Origin: an uncultured delta proteobacterium
Lineage (GTDB): Bacteria; Myxococcota_A; Polyangia; Polyangiales; Polyangiaceae
DNA length: 64,000 nt
Direction of reading: 5' to 3'
NCBI GenBank assembly: GCA_963782055.1
Contig: CAWAIF010000003.1
Span: forward strand, 4,224,001-4,288,000
Shown here piece by piece: positions 44,579 to 54,461 of the stretch. The stretch's first letter is position 1. Every line of letters begins with the position of its first letter. The translations under genes were made by a program, and so were the position numbers. The notes below the pieces were generated by a model. That model searched no databases. It was not told the origin of the DNA and saw nothing but the letters and a program-made list of their open reading frames with translations.

Positions 44579-46470
44579 GAGGCCCCCAGGCGGTAGCGCG
44601 CCTCGAGGAGGCTCGCCGAGAGCACCATCATCAGCGCGGGGTCCCACGCGTGCCGCTCGGCGGGCGAGAGCGCGTCCAGCCCCTCGAGCCGACGCACGAC
44701 GGCCGCCCTGTCGAACGCGGGCGGCAGCGAGGGTCCTCGCAGCACGTCGTCGGCCAGCGCGCGGGCGGCCGAGCCGGCGCGCCAGAGCGGGGGCGCCATG
44801 AAGGGGTGCTTGCGCCGGCGCACCACCGCCTCGGGCAGCAGCGGCGCCATCGCCTCGCGCAGCACGTGCTTCTCCACCTCCCCGGCGATCTTCACCTCGG
44901 TGGGGAGCGTCCGCACGAAGGCGAACAGCTCGTGGTCGAGCATGGGGAGGCGCCCCTCCACCGAGTGCGCCATCTCCATTCCATCCCCCAGCGTCCGGAG
45001 GATGTAGCCGGCGAGGGCGAGCTTGGTCCACGTGTACGCGGCCTGGTCGACCCGGTCCCGCCCCGCGAGCTGCGCCGGATCGAAGGACGCGACCATCTGC
45101 GCGTACGGGTCCCCCGCCGCGTGGGCGCGCAGGAACCCGGGCGCCGCCAGCGACGTCACCCGCCTGCCCAGCGCCGCCTTCGCCTCCATCCAGCTCGGCA
45201 CGAAGCCGAGGGCGGAGCGCACCGCGTCCAGCGGAAGCCCCTCGCCCACCGGCATCATGATCCCCGCCGACGCGCCGTTCGCCGCGGCGAGGCGCGCCAC
45301 GCGATCGGCCCCCGCCCCGGCGGCGAGCAGGCCGTCGCGCCGGAAGTGCGGGTAGCCAGCGAGGACCTCGTCGGCGCCCTCCCCCGTCATCACCACACGA
45401 AAGCCCGCGTCGCGCACCGCGCGGCTGAGCAGGAACTTCGCGGCGGCGTGGGCGTTGACCACCAGCCCCTCACCGTGGGCGATCGCGTCGGGCAGGGCGC
45501 GCGCCAGGTCCTGCTGCGACGCGCGCACGGTGATCAGGCGCGCCCCCAGGCGGTCCGCCGTCTGCTGCGCCAGGCCGAGCTCGTCGTAGTCGTCGTGGTC
45601 GAAGGAGACGGTGAAGCAGGTGATCGGCCCGCGCGCCCGCCGCGCGGCGAGCGCCGCCACCGCGCTGGAATCCAGGCCGCCGCTCAGCTGGAAGGCGACG
45701 GGCACGTCGGCGCGCATCCGCAGGCGCACCGCCTCGTCCAGCCGCTCGCCGAGCGCCGAGGCCACCTCCGGCGGCGCCAGCTTCTCCTCCGCGCGCGGGA
45801 CATCCAGGTCCCACCAGCGCGCGGTGCGCACGCCGGCGGAGGTGGCGGTGAGCATCGTCCCCGGCGGCACCTGCCGCACGCCCTCGAAGAGGGTGCGGTC
45901 TTCTTGCGTGTATTGTGCATGCATCGCGAAGGCGAGCGCGGCGGCGTCCCATCGCGCGGGCACGCCCATCGCGAAGAGGGCCTTGGCCTCCGAGGCGACG
46001 AGCAGCGCGCCCCCCGCCCGTGCGTACACCAGCGGCCGCACGCCGAAGCGGTCACGGGCGCAGAAGAGGCGGCGCGCGCGCGCGTCCCACAGCGCGAAGG
46101 CGAACTCCCCGCGCAGGTGCCGCAGGCAGTCCTCCCCGTGCTCCTCGTAGAGGTGCAGCAGGATCTCCGAGTCGCTCCGCGTCCGGAAGCGGTGGCCGCG
46201 GCGCTCCAGGTCTGCGCGGATGCGCGCGTCGTCGTAGAGCTCGCCGGTGACGACGGCGACGACCGCACCATCCTCGCTCGCCAGAGGCTGCGCGCCGCCG
46301 GCGGGGTCCACGATGGCGAGCCGCACGTGGCCGAGCGCCGCCTCCCCGCCCGGCGCCGTCCACACGCCACGCCCGTCCGGCCCGCGGTGGACGAGGGCCT
46401 CCAGGCCGCGCTCCACGCGCGCGGCGCACACCGGCGCCTCCGGCGAGAAGAGGGCGACGAGGCCGCACAT
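44575..46470 (-). CDS. asnB: Asparagine synthetase-like glutamine amidotransferase
   Basis: N-terminal MCG, HRGPD, RDRFGVRPL, LSGGLDSS, TGEGADE, EGRLPMLD. Confidence 0.92.
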   Translation of the reverse strand: MCGLVALFSPEAPVCAARVERGLEALVHRGPDGRGVWTAPGGEAALGHVRLAIVDPAGGAQPLASEDGAVVAVVTGELYDDARIRADLERRGHRFRTRSDSEILLHLYEEHGEDCLRHLRGEFAFALWDARARRLFCARDRFGVRPLVYARAGGALLVASEAKALFAMGVPARWDAAALAFAMHAQYTQEDRTLFEGVRQVPPGTMLTATSAGVRTARWWDLDVPRAEEKLAPPEVASALGERLDEAVRLRMRADVPVAFQLSGGLDSSAVAALAARRARGPITCFTVSFDHDDYDELGLAQQTADRLGARLITVRASQQDLARALPDAIAHGEGLVVNAHAAAKFLLSRAVRDAGFRVVMTGEGADEVLAGYPHFRRDGLLAAGAGADRVARLAAANGASAGIMMPVGEGLPLDAVRSALGFVPSWMEAKAALGRRVTSLAAPGFLRAHAAGDPYAQMVASFDPAQLAGRDRVDQAAYTWTKLALAGYILRTLGDGMEMAHSVEGRLPMLDHELFAFVRTLPTEVKIAGEVEKHVLREAMAPLLPEAVVRRRKHPFMAPPLWRAGSAARALADDVLRGPSLPPAFDRAAVVRRLEGLDALSPAERHAWDPALMMVLSASLLEARYRLGAS

Positions 46471-46471
46471 C

Positions 46472-47401
46472 TCAGTCCGCGCGCTCCGGGCCGGCGTCGA
46501 TGCGAAGGAAGACCTTGCGCGCCTCGCTCGCGCGGGCGGCCGCGAAGGCGCGGCGATGATCGCCCAGCGCGAAGGTCTCGCCGAGCAGATCGGACACGTC
46601 GACGCGACCGGTGGCCAGCCAGGCCACCGCCTCCTCGAAGGAGCCGTAGCTCACCGCGCGCAGGACGAGGTCCTTGCGCACGGCGAGGCCCACGTCCAGC
46701 GGCACCGGCGTGTGCGAGCGGCTCTTGAGCACCAGCGTGCCGCCCGGACGCAGGGCGCGGAGCATCGCGTCCATCGCCCGCGCGTCGGCCACCGACTCCA
46801 CGACCCAGTCCAGGCCCGGCGGCAGCGGACGGGCCGGGTCGCATGCGGGCACGTCCCCGAACCCGGCGGCGGCGAGCACGCGCACGATCAAGGTGGGGAT
46901 ACGGCCGGTGCCCACCACCGCGCCCCGCCCGCCGAGGTCCAGGCCGGCGCGCAGGACGCCGAGCGCCGCGGCGAGCGGCTCGGTGTACGCGGCCAGGCGG
47001 AAGGGCAGCGCCGGGGGCACCAGCAGCACCGCGCGGGCGGGCACGCGCAGGGCGCCGGCGAAGGCGCCGTCGCGGTCCACGCCGAGCAGCGCCGGGGACG
47101 CGCACCGCTCCCCGCGCGTGCACTCCACGCACGCGCCGCACGGCACCGAGGGGACGACCGTCACGCGATCGCCCGGGCGCAGGGGCGCCGCCGCCGCGCC
47201 CACCTGGGTCACGGTGCCGGCGAGCTCGTGCCCCAGCACCACCGGGTCGGCCGACGGGAGCAGGCCGTCGGCGACGTAGAGATCGGTGCGACAGATGCCG
47301 GCCACCGCGACGTCGATCACGACGTCGTCGCTCGCGACCGGCGCGAGCGGCGGCACGGTGCGCAGCGACACCTCACCTGCCTGTTTGACGAGAGCGTGCA
47401 T
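46472..47401 (-). CDS. Zinc-dependent (MDR) alcohol dehydrogenase
   Basis: GICRTD, GHE, CGACVEC..C, EPLA, VVGTGRI. Confidence 0.9.
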   Translation of the reverse strand: MHALVKQAGEVSLRTVPPLAPVASDDVVIDVAVAGICRTDLYVADGLLPSADPVVLGHELAGTVTQVGAAAAPLRPGDRVTVVPSVPCGACVECTRGERCASPALLGVDRDGAFAGALRVPARAVLLVPPALPFRLAAYTEPLAAALGVLRAGLDLGGRGAVVGTGRIPTLIVRVLAAAGFGDVPACDPARPLPPGLDWVVESVADARAMDAMLRALRPGGTLVLKSRSHTPVPLDVGLAVRKDLVLRAVSYGSFEEAVAWLATGRVDVSDLLGETFALGDHRRAFAAARASEARKVFLRIDAGPERAD

Positions 47402-47478
47402 GGGACCTTGCTCCTCCAGAAGCCCAGGATCGGGCCAGGCATTCCCGCCTGGGAAGGGACGGCTCGCCGATTCGGTAG

Positions 47479-47499
47479 ATAGAGTTATAATGACTCTTT
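47479..47499. promoter_or_regulatory. NrtR-like operator (21-bp palindrome, GT-N7-AC core)
   Basis: ATAGAGTTATAATGACTCTTT, an AT-rich island about 78 bp upstream of the operon that ends in nadR. Confidence 0.62.
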
Positions 47500-47542
47500 A
47501 GGCCCACGCAAGGCCCCCTCCGTCGGCGCGCCCGGGCGCGCG

Positions 47543-47980
47543 TCACCCGGTGGGCTCCACCTTCACGTTCACGTCCACGCCGGCGCGCACGCTCTGGGTC
47601 ACCACGCAGAAGTCCTCGAAGGTCCCGAGGCACTTGTGCAGCGCCGCGTCGTCGGCGGCGACGCCCGGGCGGATGACGACGTCGACCTTGCCCACGCGCA
47701 GCCGCTTCTCCTCGTTGCGCACCATCTCCACGTGCACGTCCGACTTCAGGTCGGTGAGCGTGACCCCGGCGCGCTTGAGGCAGAACAGGAGGCTCGCCGA
47801 CAGGCAGTCGCCGATCGCGGCCGCGAGCAGCCGCGCGGGGTTGGGGCCACGGTCCTGACCGAGGGGGGGCGGCTCGTCGAGGGTGAGCTCGGCGTAGGTG
47901 TCCTTGTCGAAGCGGACCCGAAACTCGAAGTCGTCGACCTGCTCGATGTGAAGGTCGAAGTGACCGGCGGGGGTTGTCAT
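47543..47980 (-). CDS. OsmC family protein
   Basis: DEPPPLG..GPNPARLLAAAIGDCL..FEDFCVVTQSV. Confidence 0.88.
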   Translation of the reverse strand: MTTPAGHFDLHIEQVDDFEFRVRFDKDTYAELTLDEPPPLGQDRGPNPARLLAAAIGDCLSASLLFCLKRAGVTLTDLKSDVHVEMVRNEEKRLRVGKVDVVIRPGVAADDAALHKCLGTFEDFCVVTQSVRAGVDVNVKVEPTG

Positions 47981-48143
47981 GCAACAAGCGTAGCCGAAGC
48001 CGTCACTGCCAGACCAACGGCGAGGCCGCCGCGTCCGGCGGGTTGGGGCCGTGCGCCCCCGTCCGGGCAAGAGGCTGCGGGGCGCGGCGTTTCGTTGTAC
48101 GATGCACACAGGTGGGAATCACCCACGGGGCCCGGAGGGCACC

Positions 48144-48989
48144 ATGATCCTGAAGAACGGCGTCCTTGGCACCGCGCTCGCCCTCCTCGTCGTGACGAGC
48201 TGCGCGAGGGGCAAGTCGGTGGCTGACACGTCCGGCTCTGACGGCGGCTCCACCACGGACGGCGGCGTGATCCCGGATGGTGCTCTGCCGTGCACCGGCT
48301 CCTGCAACGGCGACGAGGACGGCGACGGCGTGCCCGACGGGACGGACAAGTGCCCCGGGACCCCCAAGAACGCGAAGGTCAACAAGGACGGCTGCGCCGA
48401 CTCGCAGCTCAAGCCAAAGCTCGAGCCCAACTTCCCCCCGTACGGCCTCACGTGGACGCCCACCGGCAGCCTCGGCCGGGCGGGCGGACTGACGTGGACG
48501 TACACCGGCATCGACCGTGGCGACCTCTTCCACATCTACTGGATCGTCTGCGACGATCCGGCCGACCCGTGCGGCCTCTCGCTCGACGGGCCGATCGACG
48601 CGCCGGGGGAGAGCTGGGCCTACAGCGCGGGGGACTCGGATCTCCCCAACGGCAAGCTGGTCTTCACCAACACGACCAACATCCTCCTCGCCGACTCGAG
48701 CAAGGTGCCCCTCAGCGGCCGGCTGACGGTGACGATCGTCGACGCCAGCGACGCGCCCATCCCCTTCGTCGACGTGGGCACGCTCGGCGTGACGGCGCGC
48801 GACGGCCAGTACGGCGCCGAGATCACCGGCACCGGCTACAAGGTGACGGCGCTCGCCGAGGTGGAGGACAGCAACACGTCCACGTGGACGCCGTACGACG
48901 ACTACTACGACGCCGCCCCGACGGCCGACACCGGCGACGCCGGCGGGAACGTGTACGTCTCCTTCGGCGCGTCGTTCTACGACAAGTGA
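48144..48989 (+). CDS. Secreted lipoprotein with thrombospondin type-3-like repeat
   Basis: Lipobox VTSC, DEDGDGVPDGTDKCPGT..DGC. SD GGAGG. Confidence 0.7.
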   Translation: MILKNGVLGTALALLVVTSCARGKSVADTSGSDGGSTTDGGVIPDGALPCTGSCNGDEDGDGVPDGTDKCPGTPKNAKVNKDGCADSQLKPKLEPNFPPYGLTWTPTGSLGRAGGLTWTYTGIDRGDLFHIYWIVCDDPADPCGLSLDGPIDAPGESWAYSAGDSDLPNGKLVFTNTTNILLADSSKVPLSGRLTVTIVDASDAPIPFVDVGTLGVTARDGQYGAEITGTGYKVTALAEVEDSNTSTWTPYDDYYDAAPTADTGDAGGNVYVSFGASFYDK

Positions 48990-51900
48990 AGGCAGGCCTC
49001 CGCGTTTGGGCTGGAGCGCTCCTGGTGCTCGCGGCGTCGAGCTGTGGCGCCCCGCCGGGGCGTTCGTCGAGGGCGCCTCACGCGGGCGCTGCTGCGGAGG
49101 CCGGGTCGTCCTCTCCGAACTGCCCGACGGCTCCGCGCGCCGTCGTGGGGGCCGACCCCGGCGCGACCGAGATCCTCGACACCGCACACTCGGCGGGGGC
49201 CCGCGGCGCGGTCTCGCCGACCGGGACGCTCGCCACGCAGTCGTCCGACGGCACCATCCGTCTCTGGAACGTGCACTCGCGCAAGCTGCTCCGGTCCTTC
49301 CACTTCGACGTGACGAGACGGTTCGGCGGGGACCTGGCTTGGACGGCGGCCGGCGATCGCTTCGTCGCGGCCGTCGACGGGGGCCTCGTCACCTTCGGGC
49401 TCGACGGGTCGCGCGTCGCGACAGCCGGCGTCACCGTCGCGGTGCGCTCCACCGGCGACGCGGACGCCCCGTTCGTCACGGCGGGTGCAGTCCCCGGTCC
49501 CATCCGGGCCCTCGATGCCCATCTCGCGCCGCGCTTCGCGTTCGGTCCCCCCGCCGACGCCGGTCCGACGCAATCCGCGGTCTTCGAGGACGACTCGCCA
49601 CGCGGCCGCTGGGTGGCGCAGGCGCACGAGAAGGGCCTGGTGGTCTGGCCGGTCGCGGGCAAGGGCGGCCACGCGCACGTGCTCCCGCTGCCGGCGAGGG
49701 CGGTCGGCGGCGCCTTCGCGGTGCAGCCAGGCGGGGACGTCGCGGTCTACGCGTACGACGAGCTGGTCCGCCCGCACCGACGGGCGGACGGCGGCGTCGA
49801 GCCCGCCACGTGGCTCACGCACGCCTTCGTCGTGGACCTCAGGCACGATCAGCCGCCGGTCGAGCTTCCCAACCTTCGCGGCGTCGTGCCGGACGCGCTC
49901 GCGGTCTCCCCCGACGGGCACACCGCGGTCCTGGGCGCCTCGTCGACGTCGGCGTCGGATGCGGTGGGGCTCGCCGCGTGGGACCTCTCGACGCGGACCC
50001 TCCGGTGGACGCAGCGGCTGTCCGATCTCGACGCCGAGCTCGCTCGCGACCTTGCCGGGGCCAATCGCTCCGTTCAGCAGCTCGTGTTCGCGCCCGACGG
50101 GCGCACCGTCGTGGCGATGCTCGATGCCGGCACGATGCTGCAGCTCGAGACGTCGACGGGCATCTCGCTCGGGCAGTTCGGCCACCCCATCCAGGCCGCA
50201 CGCGACCTCGCATTCCTCGGGGAAGATCGGCTCATCGCGACCTCGTCCGGCGCGCTCGCCGACTGGTCACTCCCGGCGGGACGCGTGTCGCACCAGCCCC
50301 ACCAGCCCTCCGACCTTCCCCCGTTCGTGCAGGGCGACACGATGTTCACCGTCCGCTTGCCCAAGCTCTCGCCCACGACTCCGCTGTGCCCGCCGGACCA
50401 CGCGCCGCTGGCCGTCGAGCGGCACACGCTGGACACGGACGAGCCGCGCTCCAGCTCGAAGTGGCTCGCGCTCGTGAAGCCGTCGGCCGCCTGGCCCGCC
50501 ACGAAGTGGCGGACGCTGTACTGCGTACCGCTCGGGGGCGGCGATGCGCCGGGCGCGGTGCAGCCCACCTGGAAGCGCGACAACCCGATCGAGGCCTGGG
50601 ACCCCTCTCGCGGGCTCGTCATCGTTCCGTGGGGGGCGGCGAAGGATCCACTCGGCGCGACGCCCCGCGCGGTCGTGGAGATCGCCACCGGGCGCAGCGT
50701 CGTGCTCCGGGGGTCCGCGGGCAGCATGCTCGACCCCCTGCACCCGTTCTTCGTGGCGGGAGGCTCGTTGGTCGCGGCGATCGTGCGCGTGCCGACGCAG
50801 ACCATGAGCGGGCTCTACGTGTGGGACGCGAAGACCGGGGCGCTGGTGATCAAGGGGTTCCGCTTCGGCACCGGCCCCACGACGGCCGTCGTGCCGGACG
50901 AGCCCGAACTGACGGCGGTGGCGGTCTCCGACGACGGCTCCACCCTCGCCGCCGCGTACCGGCGCAAGCTCGCCATCCTGACGCCGCGTCACCCGGACCG
51001 GCGCGTCGACGTCTCGCTCGACCGTGAGGCCACCGCCCTGGCGGTCTCCCGGGACGCGAAGACCGTCTTCGTGGGCACGCTGGATGGCGACCTGCTCGTC
51101 GTTCGCGATGGCCGCGTCGTGTCCCACGTCCGCGGCACCGGCGGAGGTTACGTCACCGCGCTCGCGGCGTCCCCGGGGGCCGGCGTCGTCGCCGCCGCCA
51201 CGACCGATGGGGCGATTCGCGTGTTCGACGCCGAAGCCGCGCGGCTTCGCGGCACCCTGGCGACCTTCCAGGACGACGAGTTCGTGGCCCTCACGCCGGG
51301 AGGCGCGTACTCGGGGACACGCGAGGTCGCCGACCGCGTGGGGTGGGTGTTCGACCGCCCGCTGGAGCGCTTCGGGTTCGAGCAGTTCTCCGCCGCGTTC
51401 GACTCACCCACTCTGGTGCGCCGGCGTCTGGCAGGCGAGGCGGTGGACGTCTCGGCGACCGTGGAGAGGCCGCCGACGGTGACGCTCACCCCCCCGGCCT
51501 CCCGCATCGTCTCGACGCGGAGCGCACGCCTGCACGTGCACGTCGGCTCCGCCGCGCGCGTCGACACCGTCCGCGCCTTCGTGGAAGGGCGGTTCGCCGC
51601 GGAGAAGGCCGTCTGCGCGCCGACCGGCGACGTGGACCTCGACGTCCCGCTGCTCTCGGGACGCAACCGCGTGAGCGTCATCGCCTTCGACGCCGAGGGC
51701 TACGCGTCCAATCCCGCCGTCGTCGACCTCGAAGCGCGCGTCCCGAATGCCCCGAAGCCGGACGTGTGGGTGATCTCGGTCGGCGTGAGCCGGTACCCGA
51801 ACGTCCCCGGCGGGGACCTGCCGGCGGCGAGCGGGGATGCGCGGGCCGTCGCCCGAGCGCTCTCCGGCCTGGCAGGGTCCGGCTACGCGAAGGCGCACGT

Positions 51901-52528
51901 GACGACGCTGACCGACGACCAGGCGTCACCCGACGCGATCCGCGCCGCGCTCGCGCGGCTCTCCCGGATGTCGCGCGACGACGTCGCCTTCGTCTTCCTG
52001 GCCGGCCACGGGCTCGCGCTCGGTCCCGGCGCCATGGTGTTCGCCACGGGCCGCGTCCGGTGGGACGTGCAGAAGAGAGGCCTGACGCGCGAGTCCATCG
52101 CCGGGGCGACGCTGGACTGGAACGACATGGCGGCGGCGGTCGGCCACGCGCCCGGTCGCGTGGTGATCCTCCTCGACGCGTGCCACTCCGGAAACGTGAC
52201 GCAGTCGCTGGTGGTGCCCAACGAGAGCCTGGCCGACTCGCTCGTCCGTGAGCACCGCGCGGGCGCCATCGTCTTCTCCGCCGCGAAAGGCCGCCAGTTC
52301 AGCCTGGAGGACCCGGTGTCGAAGCGAGGCTTCTTCGCCGGCGCGTTGCTCGCCTCCCTGAGGAGCGCGACGACCGACAGGGACCACGACGGCTTCGTGG
52401 AGCTCGGCGAGCTGCTGGACGAGACGACCCGCCGCGTCGCGCTCCGGACCGCGGGCAAGCAGACGCCGTTCATCGCGCGCCGCGAGCTCTTCGGCGACTT
52501 CGTCGTCGCCCCCGTCGCCCCGCCGTGA
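48986..52528 (+). CDS. WD40 beta-propeller / caspase-like (peptidase C14) lipoprotein
   Basis: Signal ending ASSC, DGTIRLWN and DGAIRVFD WD repeats, FLAGHG and LLDACHSG catalytic dyad, DRDHDGFVELGEL. Confidence 0.85.
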   Translation: MKAGLRVWAGALLVLAASSCGAPPGRSSRAPHAGAAAEAGSSSPNCPTAPRAVVGADPGATEILDTAHSAGARGAVSPTGTLATQSSDGTIRLWNVHSRKLLRSFHFDVTRRFGGDLAWTAAGDRFVAAVDGGLVTFGLDGSRVATAGVTVAVRSTGDADAPFVTAGAVPGPIRALDAHLAPRFAFGPPADAGPTQSAVFEDDSPRGRWVAQAHEKGLVVWPVAGKGGHAHVLPLPARAVGGAFAVQPGGDVAVYAYDELVRPHRRADGGVEPATWLTHAFVVDLRHDQPPVELPNLRGVVPDALAVSPDGHTAVLGASSTSASDAVGLAAWDLSTRTLRWTQRLSDLDAELARDLAGANRSVQQLVFAPDGRTVVAMLDAGTMLQLETSTGISLGQFGHPIQAARDLAFLGEDRLIATSSGALADWSLPAGRVSHQPHQPSDLPPFVQGDTMFTVRLPKLSPTTPLCPPDHAPLAVERHTLDTDEPRSSSKWLALVKPSAAWPATKWRTLYCVPLGGGDAPGAVQPTWKRDNPIEAWDPSRGLVIVPWGAAKDPLGATPRAVVEIATGRSVVLRGSAGSMLDPLHPFFVAGGSLVAAIVRVPTQTMSGLYVWDAKTGALVIKGFRFGTGPTTAVVPDEPELTAVAVSDDGSTLAAAYRRKLAILTPRHPDRRVDVSLDREATALAVSRDAKTVFVGTLDGDLLVVRDGRVVSHVRGTGGGYVTALAASPGAGVVAAATTDGAIRVFDAEAARLRGTLATFQDDEFVALTPGGAYSGTREVADRVGWVFDRPLERFGFEQFSAAFDSPTLVRRRLAGEAVDVSATVERPPTVTLTPPASRIVSTRSARLHVHVGSAARVDTVRAFVEGRFAAEKAVCAPTGDVDLDVPLLSGRNRVSVIAFDAEGYASNPAVVDLEARVPNAPKPDVWVISVGVSRYPNVPGGDLPAASGDARAVARALSGLAGSGYAKAHVTTLTDDQASPDAIRAALARLSRMSRDDVAFVFLAGHGLALGPGAMVFATGRVRWDVQKRGLTRESIAGATLDWNDMAAAVGHAPGRVVILLDACHSGNVTQSLVVPNESLADSLVREHRAGAIVFSAAKGRQFSLEDPVSKRGFFAGALLASLRSATTDRDHDGFVELGELLDETTRRVALRTAGKQTPFIARRELFGDFVVAPVAPP

Positions 52529-52605
52529 CCCCACCGGAGCCCGCGCCGGTCGTCAAGCGGGGGTAGACGCTCGCGCGCGGCGACCCCAGTGCTTATGGTC
52601 GCCCT

Positions 52606-54375
52606 GTGACCACCTCAGGCCACCCCCCCGTCGACCTCGCCGCGATCGCCCGAGCCATCCTCGACGGCTTCGACAAGCACTACCGCATTTTCCGCGCCAT
52701 CAGCGCCGGGGCCAAGAGCCGGTTCGAGCACGCCGACTGGGCGGCGGTGCAGCGCGCGCGCATCGAGCGCATCGACATGTACGACCAGCGGGTGCGCGAG
52801 GCCGTGGTCGTCCTGGCGGAGCGCCACGGCGAGACGCTCGGCGACGCGGTCTGGCCGGGCATCAAGCAGGCCTACATCGCGCTCCTGGTGAACCACCAGC
52901 AGCCCGAGCTGGCCGAGACCTTCTTCAACTCCGTCGCCTGCCGGGTGCTCGCGCGCACCTATTACACCAACCGCCACATCTTCTGGCGGCCTGCGATGTC
53001 CACCGAGCACATCGCGTCCCACCAGAAGACCTACCGCTCCTACTACCCGGCGCGCGAGGGCGTGCGCGCGATGATGCGCGCCATCGTCGCCGACCTCGGG
53101 CTCTCGAGGGAGTGGGAGGACCTCCGCCGCGACATCGCCGCGGTGATCCGCGCGATGTCGGCCTTCCTCCCGCGGCCGATGGTGGTGCAGCCCAACATCC
53201 AGGTGCAGGTGCTGTCCTCGCTCTTCTACCGGAACCAGGCGGCGTACCTGGTCGGCCGCGTGATCAACGGCAACGAGCGCACACCCTTCGCGGTGCCGAT
53301 CCGGCACGACGGGGAGGGGCGGCTCTACCTCGACGCGCTGCTGCTGCAGCGGGTCGAGCTCGGCGCGCTCTTCTCCCTCGCCCGCGCCTACTTCATGGTG
53401 GACATGGAGGTGCCGTCGGCCTTCGTCCACTTCCTCCAGTCGATCTTCCCCGAGAAGCCCGCCGCCGAGCTCTACACCGCGATCGGGCTGCACAAGCAGG
53501 GCAAGACGCTCTTTTACCGCGACATGGCCGAGCACCTGGAGCACTCGTTCGACCGCTTCGTCGCCGCGCCGGGCGTGCCGGGCATGGTGATGACGGTCTT
53601 CACGCTCCCCTCCTTCCCCTTCGTCTTCAAGCTGATCCGGGATCGCTTCGACGCGCCGAAGGACCTCGAGCGGGCGCAGGTGGTGGCGCAGTATCGCTTC
53701 GTCAAGCTGCACGACCGCGCCGGGCGGATGGCCGACACCCTCGAGTTCAGCGACGTGGCCCTGCCCATCTGGCGCTTCTCCGCCGAGCTGCTGGCGGAGC
53801 TCGAGGCGAAGGCGCCGAAGATGCTCGAGCGCGACGGCGACCACCTCGTCATCAAGCACGTCTACATCGAGCGCCGGCTCACCCCGCTGGACGTCCACCT
53901 CGCCCAGGCGAAGAACGAGGAGCAGGTGCGGCACGGGCTGCGGGAGTACGGCAACTGCCTGCGCGAGCTGGCCTACGCCGGGATCTTCCCCGGCGACATG
54001 CTGCTCAAGAACTTCGGCGTCACCCGGTACGGGCGGGTCGTCTTCTACGACTACGACGAGCTCTCCGAGCTCTCACGCGTGAACTTCCGCCGCATGCCCG
54101 CCCCCACCACCGACGAGCAAGAGTGCGCCGGCGAGCCGTGGTTCTACGTCGGCCCGAACGACGTCTTCCCCGAGGAACTCCCCACCTTCGTCTTCCCCCA
54201 CGCGCGCTGGCGGGAGATCTTCGAGCAGGAGCACCCCGACCTCTTCACGGCCGACTTCTGGATCGAGACGCAGCGGAGGGTGGCGGCGGGCGAGCAGATC
54301 GCCATGTTCCCCTACCCGCCCGAGCGCTGCTTCCCGCACGCGCACCGGAGGGCGCGGGGAGAAGGCACGCGGTGA
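52606..54375 (+). CDS. aceK: Isocitrate dehydrogenase kinase/phosphatase
   Basis: AETFFNSV, KQGKT, APGVPGMVM, IFPGDMLLKNFGVTR, VFYDYDE. Confidence 0.95.
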   Translation: MTTSGHPPVDLAAIARAILDGFDKHYRIFRAISAGAKSRFEHADWAAVQRARIERIDMYDQRVREAVVVLAERHGETLGDAVWPGIKQAYIALLVNHQQPELAETFFNSVACRVLARTYYTNRHIFWRPAMSTEHIASHQKTYRSYYPAREGVRAMMRAIVADLGLSREWEDLRRDIAAVIRAMSAFLPRPMVVQPNIQVQVLSSLFYRNQAAYLVGRVINGNERTPFAVPIRHDGEGRLYLDALLLQRVELGALFSLARAYFMVDMEVPSAFVHFLQSIFPEKPAAELYTAIGLHKQGKTLFYRDMAEHLEHSFDRFVAAPGVPGMVMTVFTLPSFPFVFKLIRDRFDAPKDLERAQVVAQYRFVKLHDRAGRMADTLEFSDVALPIWRFSAELLAELEAKAPKMLERDGDHLVIKHVYIERRLTPLDVHLAQAKNEEQVRHGLREYGNCLRELAYAGIFPGDMLLKNFGVTRYGRVVFYDYDELSELSRVNFRRMPAPTTDEQECAGEPWFYVGPNDVFPEELPTFVFPHARWREIFEQEHPDLFTADFWIETQRRVAAGEQIAMFPYPPERCFPHAHRRARGEGTR

Positions 54376-54461
54376 CCGCTCAATCGCCAGGGGGTGCTCC
54401 CGCCGGTGGCCACCGCCGCCCTCTTGCGCGCCCGGCGCCACCTCGGCAAGACTCCGGTCCC

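Noticed and set aside
44575..46470. Lasso-peptide cyclase or housekeeping asparagine synthetase
   Set aside because: The catalytic N-terminal Cys is retained and there is no precursor, RRE or B2 peptidase nearby. The operon context argues for a tailoring amidotransferase.
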